A stretch of 64,000 bases of DNA from Chrysomallon squamiferum (lineage: Eukaryota; Animalia; Mollusca). The notes below the pieces were generated by a model. It was given only the letters and a program-made list of their open reading frames with translations. It was not told the origin of the DNA and searched no databases. Position numbers and translations under genes: made by a program. Positions 23,801 to 41,675 of the stretch are shown in pieces (the first letter of the stretch is position 1; each line of letters starts with the position of its first letter). The stretch is from NCBI GenBank assembly GCA_012295275.1, contig CM022671.1, positions 20,150,001 to 20,214,000 of the forward strand. Direction: 5' to 3'.

Positions 23801-26800
23801 CTTCTCACTCGATTTCTTTGACAGTGGATGTCCTCCAGATGATGAATACACTCTTCTTGGACAACAAGACAAGTTTGCATCAAATGTTCCATACCACCCT
23901 CGTCGTAATGCTTATTTCATCAAAAAGCAGGCACAACGAGAAGCATCACCACCAAAGCAACAAAAACTGGAAAAAACATTGAACAAGGTATGTCAAAATT
24001 TAATATTATTTTATTGTGGACTTAATATAATATCTATAATAATAATATTATTAATGTTAACATTTAACTTACTAATTGTCTTTTTTTTTTTTTTAAAAGA
24101 AGAAAAAGAATGAAAAGATTATTAATTTGTTATTTGCAAAACAATATAGTTGATTAGTTTTCCCATATTTTCCACATAAAAGAAATTATTCTAGGAAATA
24201 ACTAAATGTAATATTTATTTCTCTTTTCTAGAATCAAAACAGATGCAAATCACCTCCTGTTGTTGATACATCAGAGTTCACAAAACCTCCAAAACCCAAG
24301 AAGACTGGAAAAAATGACCAAAGTAAAAAAACATCTGATGTCGCCATCCAGAAGAATTCCCAGGATTCAGTTAAGTCTGAAATGCCTGTCACACCTCTTG
24401 CACCGAGAAGACCTAAGAACACCCAGACTCAAGAGATAAAAGCTGCCATGAAAGACAAAAATCTGAGTGATGTTCTGGGAGAAAGAGTTAGTAAGAAGAA
24501 AGGAAAGGAAAATATGAATGAGTTTGTTCAGACTAATATGGCTGAAGGAGTGACACACTCAGCTCCAGAAGCACCAGTAAGTGAAATGTTTGCATTCCAC
24601 TGATTTGTACTTCTTAACATGATTACTGTAAAACCTAATACACTCACAATCATAATGTGAAAAATGTGAGTAAGTATTATTTGCATTAAAATTTAATGCA
24701 TTTATAAATTTATTTCTTACTTTTCTTGTTGGTATAATTTAAAATAAAAATAAAATTTACATCAAGTTCATGATAAACAATACAACATTTAATAAGGATT
24801 TTCCTTTATGGTATTATTTAAATTAATTCCCAGTTTTTGTTCAAATCACTTTTTTTTCCATAAATTATAAATATATATAAAAAAAATAATAATAATAATA
24901 GTAATTAAACTTCTGTTAATAGTCTTTTTGATAGATTTAAAACTAAAACGTGAAAACACAAATATAAATTAATAAACAACGAACATATTTTTGGTTAAGT
25001 TGTCTGAATCAAGATTATAGCCTTAAACCAAATTTACAAGAACAGATATTACATAGAAATGAAGCACATGAATCTAAGTGGTATTATATAATCCTTAACT
25101 GATATTGTTCTGTATTCTGCAGGCTGAATATGCAATGAAGTACAAGGCTGGTATTGTTCCACCCAGAATAAGTAAGAAGATGTCTGAATATCAGCGAGAG
25201 TTTGAATGGAAACAAGGTTTCAAGTGTTCTCCTCTCCTAGCAGCTCAAGATGTATGTATCTTATCTTACTATTTTATTTTATTTTAATTTTTTAATTTTT
25301 TTTTTTTTTTAATAATAATTTTTTTTAATTATTATTGTTGTCATTTATGTAAAATTATTTTATTATTTAAAAAATATCTTCTCAGAAAAAACTATTAAGA
25401 AGTTAAAATTATGTAAAATTATTTTGTTATTTAAAAAATATCTTCTCAGAAAAAAACTATTAAGAAGTTAAGGCTGTTTGCATTAGTATGTTTCTCTATT
25501 TTATGTACACTTACATTCCTATAGAGACAGATAAATATATATTTCAGATGTTATACAATGACCATGTTGGACCCGGGAAAGTTGCCAGCCCTCCAAAGAC
25601 AACAGAATACTCTTCTCAGTTTAAACCATGGTCATCTCTTGATACTGATGCAACCAAACCTCAGGCATCTTCAGAGGAACCCAAACGAAAAAAGAAAAAG
25701 GTATTTTTTGTGGATAGCAAAAAAAATATTGCAGTAATTTTTATTCTATTCTATTCTATTACATTCCATTTTTTAATTATTTTTTTTGTTAAAATAATAA
25801 TCATTTTTATAATATTTTTATATTTTTAACACTGAATTCCTTTTTGATAAATGTAATTATTTGAAATATTAAAATCAGTGGAAGGCAGTATAGGTAATAT
25901 CTTGCTGTTATATATTTTTATAGAAATTGTTAAAAGTATAACCTATAAATAAATTTATCTTCAAATAAAATATTTTAATATTATTTTTTTAGATATTTCT
26001 TTTATTTCAAAACTAATTTTATTTTTTTATAGGTTAGGAGAAGTAAAAGTGTTGGAGGTAAGGCAAATTCTTAAGTAAATACAAATATCAAGTAATGGTT
26101 AAATGATGGTTTTGGTGATTACTTGATGACCTGCTTTTTAAAGTCACATATCCACCCAAATGAACCTTTGTTAAATGTAGCATATTTTCTATCTTGTTAC
26201 TGATAATGGACTTATTTCAATGTCTTTCTTATAAATTATTTTTTGTTGTAAAAGTGATGTTATTTTTGTTTTTTCAGAATTAATTATATTTGATATAGTA
26301 CGATGAAAATGTGTAGAATAATTTCTAACCAAATGAGACCTGCCAGCAATAGTTATATGAAGGAACTGTGCTCAGTCTAAGACACGATCATTGATAAACA
26401 CTGATAGTTTCAATCCTACATAAATAAAAACTCTTTCACTAAATTTTAAGAATATTAAGAACCACTGAAAACTTCTTGTCAGATTATTAACATTTTTTGT
26501 TGACTAATCATTAGTTTATTAATGAATTTCAGGATGGATATACATATGTATAAAACATAAATATTAATTCTTTGTGTAACTGCTTTTTTAGCACGTATTA
26601 GAGATGCAGCTGCAGTACCTGATGATAAACAGTATGAATCTGAACCAGAACAGGAATCAAAACCAATTCCTCTACCAGAGCCTTATCATGGTAAACTGAG
26701 GTAAGTGTGAATTTGATTTTACTTGTTACAAATAGATATATTTGTTCAATAATTAGGAAAACAGTTCTGCAAAATTTTAACATATTATATTATTGTAACA

Positions 26801-29707
26801 CCTACATACTATAAAATAGAGAATTAGCAATTTAATAAAACCTCGTTTTGAGCCTTTTTCCTTTATTATATTATATTATATTATATTATATTATATTATA
26901 TTATATTATATTATATTATATTATATTATATTATATTATATATTACATTACATTACATTACATTACATTATTTTATATTATATTATACTTAATACACACT
27001 TACACACACACACACACACACAGGTTTTGGTTTTGTATATAATTACATGGTATCATCAACTAATGTTGTGTTTCCAACTATATTTTGTATTTTAACAGAA
27101 AAGTTACAACAGAATACAGATCTAATTTCAAATCTCCACTAAAGTGCACTTACAAGAAAGGAGCCTGGAGAGGTGTAGATCCTCCTCATCTCTTAGCACA
27201 GAAAGTAAATATTTAAAAACAGCTTATTACTTTTAAATGAATAATCATCAATGTTTTAGTCCAGATTTAACAGTTGAATTCCATAATTAATAGTTCTGTC
27301 AAAGAAATTAGTCAAGAATGATGAAAGTGCTTTGTTTATAACCTATTATATTGGGTTGGAGCAAGAGTTTGTAATAGTTTTAATAGGTGGCTTTTGGGCA
27401 TGAGATTCCATTTCACACCAGACTGACATATATGACATGTATACATTTTCTGAAAGGTGAACAAAATGACATATTTCATTGAATGAAAATCTGTGTCAAA
27501 TATCTAAATATGGTTTTGAATTTCACATAAAAAAACCCACTATGAAATTTTGTTCAAACCAAGTAATTAATATTTAGAGACAGAGACTTACGAGAAAAAC
27601 AGATCCATTCACATTCATACGTATATATATTTCACAAAGTAGGACCACATTAAATTATTTTTCATCATTCATACAATTAGTAGTTATAAAAATTGTGTTT
27701 TTTTTAGCAGTCACTAATTAAATATTAGATTATAAACATATTTCTTTAGTTTCTAATATGTACAGTTATATCTTCATAATACATCAATAATGTTTACAGA
27801 ATGAAAACGGCAATGCTAACAAAAGCAAAGACGACTCTGGTGTGTCTAACTGGTTTGCCGAGGTGTTAGAATTACGTGAAAAAGCAGCAGAATATAAACG
27901 ACGAGCTCAGGGCACACATTTCTCTCGTGAACACTTGGTACAGCTGCTGGCCAAACAGACAGACTGCTGGGACATGCCAACACATCGGAGCTCCAGTACA
28001 CTTTCAGCTCTGTCACTGGAGTCAGGACCTGGCTCTGTTGAACAACTGTAAGCAATAAAAAATACTAGTATGTTAATAAATTGTGTCTCATTCCAGCTAC
28101 TACCTCACTACTGTTTTTTTTTACTTTTTTTTTCTGTTCACACAATTATCATGTGTTTACAGTATGTGTATTAGAATTACTACTTTGAATAGTGATTATT
28201 TAAGTCTTAATCAATTACGAGGTCAGTCCTTAATATTAATCTATATCTTTTCAAAACAATGACAGGTTTATTGAAATAAGTACTGTTTTTCCCCAACAAT
28301 GGGAAGGTACATATAAAAAAGTACCTTGCTGCCAGTTGAAAAGAGCAGCCCATATTTTGTCTGCCAAAAATATGTCACAGTCTGCCTGATACATGATAGT
28401 TGTTACTATTAAAATATGTTCACAAAATGTTAAATACATATTTACTTTTTCTTTTTTCTTTTTTTTATTGTTTCATATAGCAAATTTAAAATTTATTTTA
28501 GCTAGTAAAGTTATTTATTTTATTGTTTTATTTTGTTTTGTTTTTTATTTCTTTATTTTTTTTTTTAAAAAGGGTGAAAAGAAAACAACATGGAAAACCA
28601 AGAAAGTTAGAGGAAGATTTTGATTCATGCAAGGCCACACTTGCTGACAGTGGCTCTGAAGAACGGTTTAATGGTCAAAGTAGCATAGGTCAAGCCAGAA
28701 AAAGTGCCTGGGAAGAAGGGTACGACGTTTTAAAACTTCAATTCTTTTTGGTAAACTTATAAAATAATAAGTTCTTGGACTAGTTGAGAATAGTTTCAGA
28801 TTATTAATTTTTTATGGTCAGAAATTATTTTTCATTAAAATGTCTTGTTGAGTAAACTAAACAAGCTGTTAAATAATTGATTTATAGAGAAATGTTTTAA
28901 GAAAAAAAGAATCCCATTAAGTCATGTGATGTGTTTCTTAATAAAATATTTCAATAAAAAAGAATATTTTGAGTGATATGCTCTGTAATATTTTATTTCT
29001 GTACAGACTTCTTTATAGTAAAGTATTTATTATTTTTTAATTGCATTTTTATATTTTAATTATTTTATTCCATAAAATTTGTTATAAAACAAATCTTTAC
29101 AGTTCATAAATCAGTCTGGTTATTTATAAAGTAATTAGATGACCACCAAAATAGAAAAGATTAAATTTCTATATTTACTTTCTCTGTCTGAAACTTTAGT
29201 ATTACTAGTATTATAGCTTAATAAGTTAATTCCTAGGACCGAAAATAAGGAACTATCAGAGGAGATGGGACAGATTGGTAATTTAGATTCATGTAAGGCT
29301 ACTATGGCCAACTCTGAAGATTATAATAAAAACAATAACTATAAAGATTGCCAAGAGGAGAAACCAGCTGATGAAGAAAGGTAACTGAGAGAATATCTTC
29401 TATACAAGATCACCTTAGACACAAACATAAATCACATGATATTCAAAGCACATTTTAGTGCTAATGATTTATAGCCTAAATTTAAATTATTAAATTACCC
29501 AGTAGAAGGAAAACTAAAGGATATGCTGACAAACCTAAATAACAGTAAAGCAAACTTTTATTGTTGTTTCATATCTTCCCTAAAAGACTCAAACAGAATT
29601 TCCATAATATTTGTATATTCTTAAATAACAGTTTGCAGTTTGTATTAGTTAGTGAGGATGAAATTTCCCAATAGATAATGGAATACTTGAGGGATAAGAA
29701 ATATATG

Positions 29708-29738
<31 letters not shown>

Positions 29739-32090
29739 AAATTGACCTTTAAATTCTTTATTTATTTATGGTTTCAGTCCTGAAGATATATATGAAAGAG
29801 AAAATGATGATGATGTCAGTACTATAACACCAGATAAGTATGAAGGCCGTCTGCCCACACCAAAGTTAAAAAGTCTGGAGAAGCCCATACAGAAGGTTCG
29901 ACATCATCTCGCTTTGACAACTCCAGCTATTGGAGGTGCTATTCTGACATCACCACCTCCACAGAAAGTCACTCCAGCATGGTCAGGTACTGCTGTGACC
30001 AATTTTTATAAAATTTTTAGAGGCTATATCATATATTCCTATGTATCACACATTTGTTTTATATTGATTATTATTGAATTTGAAATTACCCATTACCAAT
30101 TAGTGGAGTGTATTTTAATGCTTATGATTTTACACACATATCAGTTTTTATAATGCATAAAAATCACAGTTTTATTTTATTTTACATATAATTTGCTTAC
30201 ACCTACCTGCGTGTATGTAATATAAAGTGCGTTTCATCATTTATGTTGATATTTGAAGAAAAACAAATTGTATTGATTACATATTTATTTAATCCATTTT
30301 TTAAAAATATTTTTAGTTGAAAGTGATGATACTATTGACAGTGAAGAGCGTAGAAAAATCGGGAAGGTAACAACTAATTATTTTCAATGAAGATTTTGTA
30401 ATAAATAGTTGTATCTATAAACATGCAATATTTCTGGACAATACCGATTTTCAAATTCACAAATCATGAGGTTATTTTCATTTTATATATTTATAACTTT
30501 CTCCATTTCTTTTGACCTCAGTAGACTGATAAGCAAATAACCAGTTCAGCCTCTGTATTGCTCAATGAACAAGTAGTAGAAATAAGCTTTTATATGCTGC
30601 TTTTACATAAACAGGCATCTAATCAGATAGCAAAGTATGATTTACAAAAAACAAACACATGCACACACATGTATGTATGTATGTTTTTGTGCACTTACAA
30701 TCATGAGATATATATATGCACAGTCAGTCACCCAAATACACACAGATACACATATTATACAAGTTATCTTTAACATAAAGCTAGTTAGTTTGCCAAATTT
30801 CTTTGATATAAATGCACAAATCTTGCATAGTTCATACTTAATGTATAACACCCATAATAAATTTATATTTTTATTTCATCAGATGTACAAGTTGAAAAAG
30901 ATGACACCATCACCAACATGTGGGATGCCCTCTGTGGATACCCATGTGCTCAGAGATGATTTTGCCTTATCAGATCGGCCACTGAAAACTCATTATGTAC
31001 ACAGTCCAGTAAAGGATCTCTCTGAAGAAAGTGTTGATGGTAAGACCTGTATAGTATATTTTCATCAAAAACAACGTAGTTATAAACTATTTTCAGCACA
31101 GAGTTGTAGCCCAAGCTAGATTTACTTGTTAGTAAAAGTAAATTTAAAAAGTCAAATTTAAGCATGATCATTAATTTACAAACTCTTTGATTTAATAGGA
31201 ACTGTTTTGCTACATAATTATTCTGGTTTTCATACTATTAGACATTAAATGGAAATGTTTGAGTGGATATATTATTACTACAGTGTTGCTAAGAATCTTT
31301 TGTCACGGATATTTTCTTTTTATTATTGTAAACTGATTTAAATTATAAAATGTGTAATCATATTTACTTTTTATTTATTATTTTATTTTTGATTTTGATT
31401 TTTCTTTTTTTTCTTTTTTTTTCAATATAGAAGACGAATCTTACCATCCACAGAAGAAATTTCGTGATCGTCCACATTTTGTTCCACCAACTATAAAAGA
31501 ACACATGGGTGAAACTTACAACAAACCTACAAACTTCCTTGATCAAGGTAATTAACTGGCTGTATTGTCTGAGAACTATCATATAAAAACACAGAAAACA
31601 CAAAAAAATATTTGTTATTGTAGGCATTTATTACCACACATTTTCAAACAATGTATTTGTATGTTTTTTCAAAAAAAAAAATTCTTAGGAGTGTTTTCAT
31701 GAGAGAGAGAGGAGGATTTTAATTACAGATATTTACTGTAATAACTTTTATTATTAATAAATTTATTATTAAATTAATTCTGATATTTGCTATTACATAA
31801 AGATAGATACATACACTGGTCAGTGTATTGTTGAGAGCTGCATTTCTAAGCTCTTTTGTTGATTTAAAAATAGGATTCTAAAGGGTTAATTTGGTTATTT
31901 CAGTTAGGAAACGTAACTGTCAGTTTTGTAAATGATGTGGGTTTTTTTTTCAGCTGCTGAGAAAGATGATGACATTTTGTCTGTTTCTGTCCAGTCTATT
32001 GCTTCAAGTTGTTCACTGGCTTCAGATCTGTACGAAAGATCTAAACAGCGAAGGGACAACTTCTGGACAAAGGGTGTGGCTACTCGATGA
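20398..32090 (+). CDS. MDM1: Nuclear protein MDM1 (centriolar microtubule-binding, SAXO6); exons 20398-20415, 21134-21248, 23743-23987, 24232-24576, 25123-25251, 25548-25700, 26033-26057, 26592-26700, 27099-27204, 27800-28047, 28573-28719, 29237-29380, 29778-29986, 30317-30366, 30883-31039, 31431-31547, 31954-32090
   Basis: Starts MPVKFK|GVSDYKRNFKW. Repeated S/TEY-x-x-x-F motifs (SEYQREFEWK, TEYSSQF, TEYRSNFKSP..Y.KGAW), plus WFAEVLELREKAAEYKRRAQGTHFSREHL, EGRLPTPKLK..RHHLALTTPAIGGAILTSP and C-terminal RSKQRRDNFW, all matching recalled vertebrate MDM1 blocks. Every junction is GT-AG and in phase. Confidence 0.93.
22015..22042 (+). CDS. MDM1: Candidate alternative first coding exon of MDM1 (MADVESFKI, phase 1)
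   Basis: aaaATGG start context, 28 nt to donor ag|gtatac; the phase matches the acceptor at 23743. Confidence 0.45.
25347..25471. repeat. Tandem duplication of about 63 bp in an MDM1 intron
   Basis: atgtaaaattatttt..ttatttaaaaaatatcttctcagaaaaaactattaagaagttaa appears twice. Confidence 0.85.
26866..26970. repeat. (TATTA)n/(CATTA)n pentanucleotide repeat
   Basis: Direct reading. Confidence 0.95.
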
Positions 32091-35000
32091 ATAAGATGTA
32101 TCAAGAATAATTTAAAACAAAAAAAGTTAGCAGACAAATGAAATGTAATCACATAGTTTTTGAAATTTTGATGCATATTGTTTATTTAGAGAATATGTAA
32201 GAATTTTGAACAAAGTGATGATGATGATGATGATGATAACGGTTCAAGACAAATAAATTCTGTCCACATTGTTAATCCAAAATTATATTTTTAAAATTGT
32301 TAATGGATTAAAAATTTTTACCCTGTATCTGATGGTACAGTATGATAAATTAATATTGTTAGGAGAATGTTAATAAATGTTATTTTTCAAGATAACAGTT
32401 TTTGAATTGCTGATAATCTAGCTGATAGTTTTCAGAATGAATAAATGAAAAAGAATATTATTTTTAACTTATAATTCTCTATGTTTTTAATGCTGTCATT
32501 TTAAGGGGAGATTTTTAAATGAGTGATTATAATTACTATAAAGATGGTGCCTTTATATTTATTTACATTTTTATTTTTTTATTTTTTGTGATAGAGGTAA
32601 ATTAAATTCCTCATAAATTTGAAGACGTGTTTTAATATTTTAAATAATTCACTTTATTATTTTAAACTTTTTTTTTGCTTCTATTTTTTAATAGTTTAAT
32701 TGTAGCACTTGCACAGTCTATTGACATTTTATTCTGCAAAGGCAGATGAATAAACTTTAGATTGCATTTAATTTAATTTAGTTTTTAAAACACATGAAGA
32801 AATTTTATATTTAAACTGTTAATGTTCTGTTTTGTTTTGTTTGTTTTTTCTTTTCTTTTTTTAAATAACAAATTAATAACAACCAAAGACAGACAGGTAT
32901 TGCATTATTATACATTGTTAATGGACTTAGATCATGATAAAGATAATAAAAAAGATTTTGCATAACCATATTTCTTTATATTTATTTTACTGTTCTGATT
33001 TAAGCATGAGAGTAACTGGATTGTTTGACTGTAAGTTGAAGTTGACAAATATATCAGATTAATTTAATCTGAAATAATTTATAATCTAGTTTGACAATAA
33101 TGAAAGCTTTATGTGATATATAAAAAAAATCTTAAAAGGCTAAATAATCAAACAGACACAAGAACCTTTAAAGGTGTAATAATCAAACTGACCAGGATGA
33201 ATCAAGTAAAAGACATTTTATTTCACAGTATCTGAAGTTTAATGTAAGTGAAACAAGCTGCTATTACAGACACCTAGTTTAATATTATTTAGATTTCATA
33301 CTGCTCTTGTGTGTTTTTTTGTTAATGTTTTATCTGATTGTTATTTTGCATGTTACAGTTATCCGAAAAGTTTTCATAATGTTCTATTTTTGTACATTTA
33401 TTTTGTTGTTATTCAAAGATGACATATATCAACTACTAAATTACATTTAAGTTACATTTAATCTTATTTTTATTTTTCTTTGAAAAAGAACATAGCAAAA
33501 AGAAAAGAAAAAATTCTTAGATTGTAGTTAAATATATATTAATCAAAATATTGCACTGCTTTTTAATTTTTCTTTTCTCAACAAATATTTCTGAAAATTA
33601 GTTTTCATTATTTTCAAGTCTGAAACAAATATTTTATCAGTGCCTGTATTACTATTATTATTATTATTATTATCTGTTAAAATGACAGGTTACCAAAATA
33701 AATAAATGAAAAAACATTTACTGATAATCATATTAATATTTTAGATTGTTAAATATTTGGTCTTATAACATTGTACATTGTTTTTATATTTAAATGTTAG
33801 AAATATAGTTTTAGTGGGTTTTGTTTTTATTTGTTATTTAGTGTATTTTATTAATCTATTTTTGACTTCAGAAATATTTTGTAATGGAAATTATTAGACT
33901 GGAATCATGATGTGTATTAATATAATAGAAGCTTTAGCTGTGTGTTCAGACCTTTCCAGAGAAAGCATCATTAATCACACACATGAGATTTCACAGGGTT
34001 GTCACTTGGATGGAAATGGACATTTTTAAACTGATAAAGGAGATTTATAAGTGGGGGAAAATTCTGGTTAAAACATATGGGTAGAGTTTATCAGCCATGA
34101 AGCCTTTTGACACACTGGCCTGCATTTCAAACATGAAATAATAGCATTTGGTAACTGGTGGGGCATGTCTAGGATGGACAATTAAAATAGGTTAAGACTG
34201 AATGTAAATTACTTCTTTTTTTTAATGGTTTTATGCAAATATTCATTGTCTGTGACTATTACTAGTCAAGATAGTAAAGATGTTGCAAATATTGTGTAAT
34301 TCAACAGCTGCATACACTGGGTTTTTTTTCTACAAATACAATTTTGTTGTAGTTTAAATGGTTGCTCAATAAGTACTATGTAGTATATTAGTAGAATTAG
34401 GCAACAAAAGAAGGTAGGTTTCATAAATTGCATGAAAAATTCTTTTCAAAAAGTCATTTGCTTTCAATTGTAACACAATAGTTTGGCATTTTATTGTAAG
34501 AAATATTATTAAAGAACTGTATGTATAAGAAGATGCTTAGTAATAATATGAAAATTCAGTGGCATTAATTCTGATAAATTTGTTCAGTGGGGAAAAACTT
34601 GACCAGATCCTTGCAAAAGTATTATTTTTATATAGATTTTGAGTGGCAACCCTGAATAAATGTTTTGATATGAAAAGGTTTTTTTCAGTTTTTGATTTAT
34701 ACATCAGTAAAGGCAAAACTGAAAGATTTGTCATGATAAAAAGCTCACAAATAAAAATCTTAAATATTTGTTTTTGTTGTTGATTTTTGGAAATTCCAGT
34801 TAAATGTGTCTCCAATTTAATCAAATATTTCTTCTTTTAATTTTGTTGAATTTTTTTCATTAGTTTTAAAATAAAGCTACATTTATATAAAGGCACACAA
34901 TTATTAAATCATAGATAAAGATTATAGAAATATGAGATTAATATATTAATAATTTTAATAGCTGAGTATGTATAACCATCTAATAATCGTTGATCTCACA

Positions 35001-37271
35001 TACAAAATATAATTCATACAATCAGTAATAAATGCTGTATGAATTCTCAGTCCATTATTTTCACTGCAAAATGTTGCACAGATTTTAGGATGAGCAGTAA
35101 ACTCTACAGTAATGATATGAAGATACTAGTGAATAAGAAGGTTAATTTTTAAAAATGTATTCATAGCAAACAGAAGTCAAGCAATTTTGAAACCTGATAC
35201 TCAAGTACTACTATTGTTCCATGAATAGTAAATAAAAATTCAATAACTAGTTTGACGTCTTTTCTCACTGAACTGATTAAAAACACCTGGTCTCATGAGA
35301 TCAAAGTGAATGTACTTACATCGAAAGTTATGCACTTAGGTTTCTTAAATGGAAATTAAAATGATATGGTGAAGTTTTCATCTGAAGCTTGTTTAACTAG
35401 TTCAACCAAAGATTTATAAAATAAAATCTATATATATAATTTATTTACCAAGTATGAAGAACAGTAATAAATAAGTATCTCTCTCAATCTCAATACCAAT
35501 GTCACCCTGTCACTTGCCAACAAGCACATATTTTGAAATATGTTTGTACTCCATTCTGAAAAACACCACTTGAAAACTTGTCATTTACATTATGACATAT
35601 TTGATTAAAAAAATAAAAAGATGTTTTTTTTTCATTGTCAGACACACCTGTGCTTAATTTTAAATATCAACTTGCCTTCCTCTTTTATTTTTCATAATCA
35701 ATGTTTTATTCTGTATGGTCCCACCAACACGTCAGAAATGACTTAAGACAAATATCTACAGCTCAGAATAAAAAGGTTTATCCTTGATTGTCAGACGTGT
35801 TATGAAAATGGCTAACATAACTTTAATTACAGTTTTCATCCTATTGTGTTCCAAAGTTTGCTGTTTTCCTTCTCAAATAGTATTTACAGGATGCCAAAAT
35901 AAACGTCGATCTGTGAGAAAGGAAATGGTAAGTTTTTGAATTAAATCTTGTACATGTAACTTAATTTGTACTACTTTTATTACATCATTACAGAAATTAT
36001 TATTATTTTTTAACATCAAGTAATTACAATGCTGTTTCTTTATAACAGAAAATTAAATAATGTTTGAATTATTAAATCTGCATGACCTCTAAGCATACTT
36101 GGGACAATAAAAATAGGTTAAGTTAGGGATTGTTCTCTAACTAAACAACAGTTTTTTTTTTTTTTTTTCATTCCACTGTTGCATAATTAATCCTATTTTC
36201 AACTGGTTTTGGGGAGATTTTTGGGGTTGTTTTGGGTAGTTTTAAATACAAAGCCTTCAGCAGCTTTTACGACCAACATGTTGCTATTAGAATTAGATAC
36301 ACAGTGGTTATTTTGTTTGTTGCTATTTTGGGGGATAATCATCAACATTGGACATTTAAGACTAGCACCTATCAACAACTATCACTTTACTTACAAAACA
36401 ATATTTTTCTGAATTTTCCTTTTTTTTTTTCATAATTCATAATTTTCTCGTTTACATTGCATTTTTTTAAAACAAAATTGTAATCTTTTTTATATTGCAG
36501 ACTGGAATCATTATGCAGAGTGCAAACTTAAATCTTTCATAGAAAATTCCACACAGTGTGAAAATTACTGCATAATGGCATGCCGAATGAGGGCAGACAG
36601 AAATGAGCAGTGTACACCCTACTTCACAATTTACTCTTAGCAAGTTCTCCAATCAGTGTGTCTTTACTGTATACCAACAACACTTTGAATAAACAATGTT
36701 AAAGTAAAAGTATCATTAAAAGAATCATTTTCTACTGACTGCCTCTAAAGAGCATAGTTTTCATAAAATATAAAATAAACTTAAGAATTTTACCTGGAAA
36801 AATTCTGAACATAAACTGAAACCAAAAATAAATCAGTAAATTGCTAATTGAAATTAAAAATTAATTCTACATGTTTTGAACCATTATTAATTTTAACCAA
36901 GTCACATTTCAATTTATATATTAATTGTAGATATATAATATGGTTCAATATGGTAAGAGACAAGTACAACAAGAAAATCAACAGTAAACACCATTTATCT
37001 TTCCATAATTTAATATTAAAAGTGTTGTTGAGATTTATTGCATACAAAAAAGCTGATAAAACTATTAAATTAACCATTAGTAATTAACTCTTTAAATTAG
37101 AATGCAATATTTTCAACAATGGCACATTTGTTTTCACTTATATATTTACTCTACTGCACCAGTATGTTTAACGTTTACATCTGTATAGTAAATATAATGT
37201 GTTTGTTTTGAATAATAAAATTCTGGGAAGCCAAATTATAGGAACAGATCTGTTTTTCTCAGCTAGCTTCA

Positions 37272-41176
<3,905 letters not shown>

Positions 41177-41675
41177 GGCATTTCAGAAAATGACAAATTA
41201 AATAAATACAAACAATAAATAATTACAGGGAGATAAATCTAAAGGACATTTTGTTTATTACATCATTTCACCTAAGTTCAAGAAAGAATAGAAAAGTTAT
41301 TCTAATTGTTGTAGTTGTCACTAAAAGAGCATTATTTTGTGATCCGCCTGCTTATCATAATATCCTATGAGAAACTGTTAACATGAATGTTGTGGATATT
41401 ATTTTAAATTTGAAAATGGTTAAAACCGTTTAAATTCAAACAATAATAAATCATAAAATAAACTGTATTTTTCGAAAGGAAACATAGCTTAATGTAATCT
41501 AGAAATTAATGTTTATTTTCGAGTACTTCCATATATTTTTATTTGAAACGTTTTCTCCTATTTTCTTAATTGCAAAGTGTTTGGTCAGATCTTCAAAACG
41601 TATTTATTTATTATTTGAGAGATCATCACATGCTTATTTTGTTTAATGGCTAATCCAGCCATGTTTGCAGTTATA

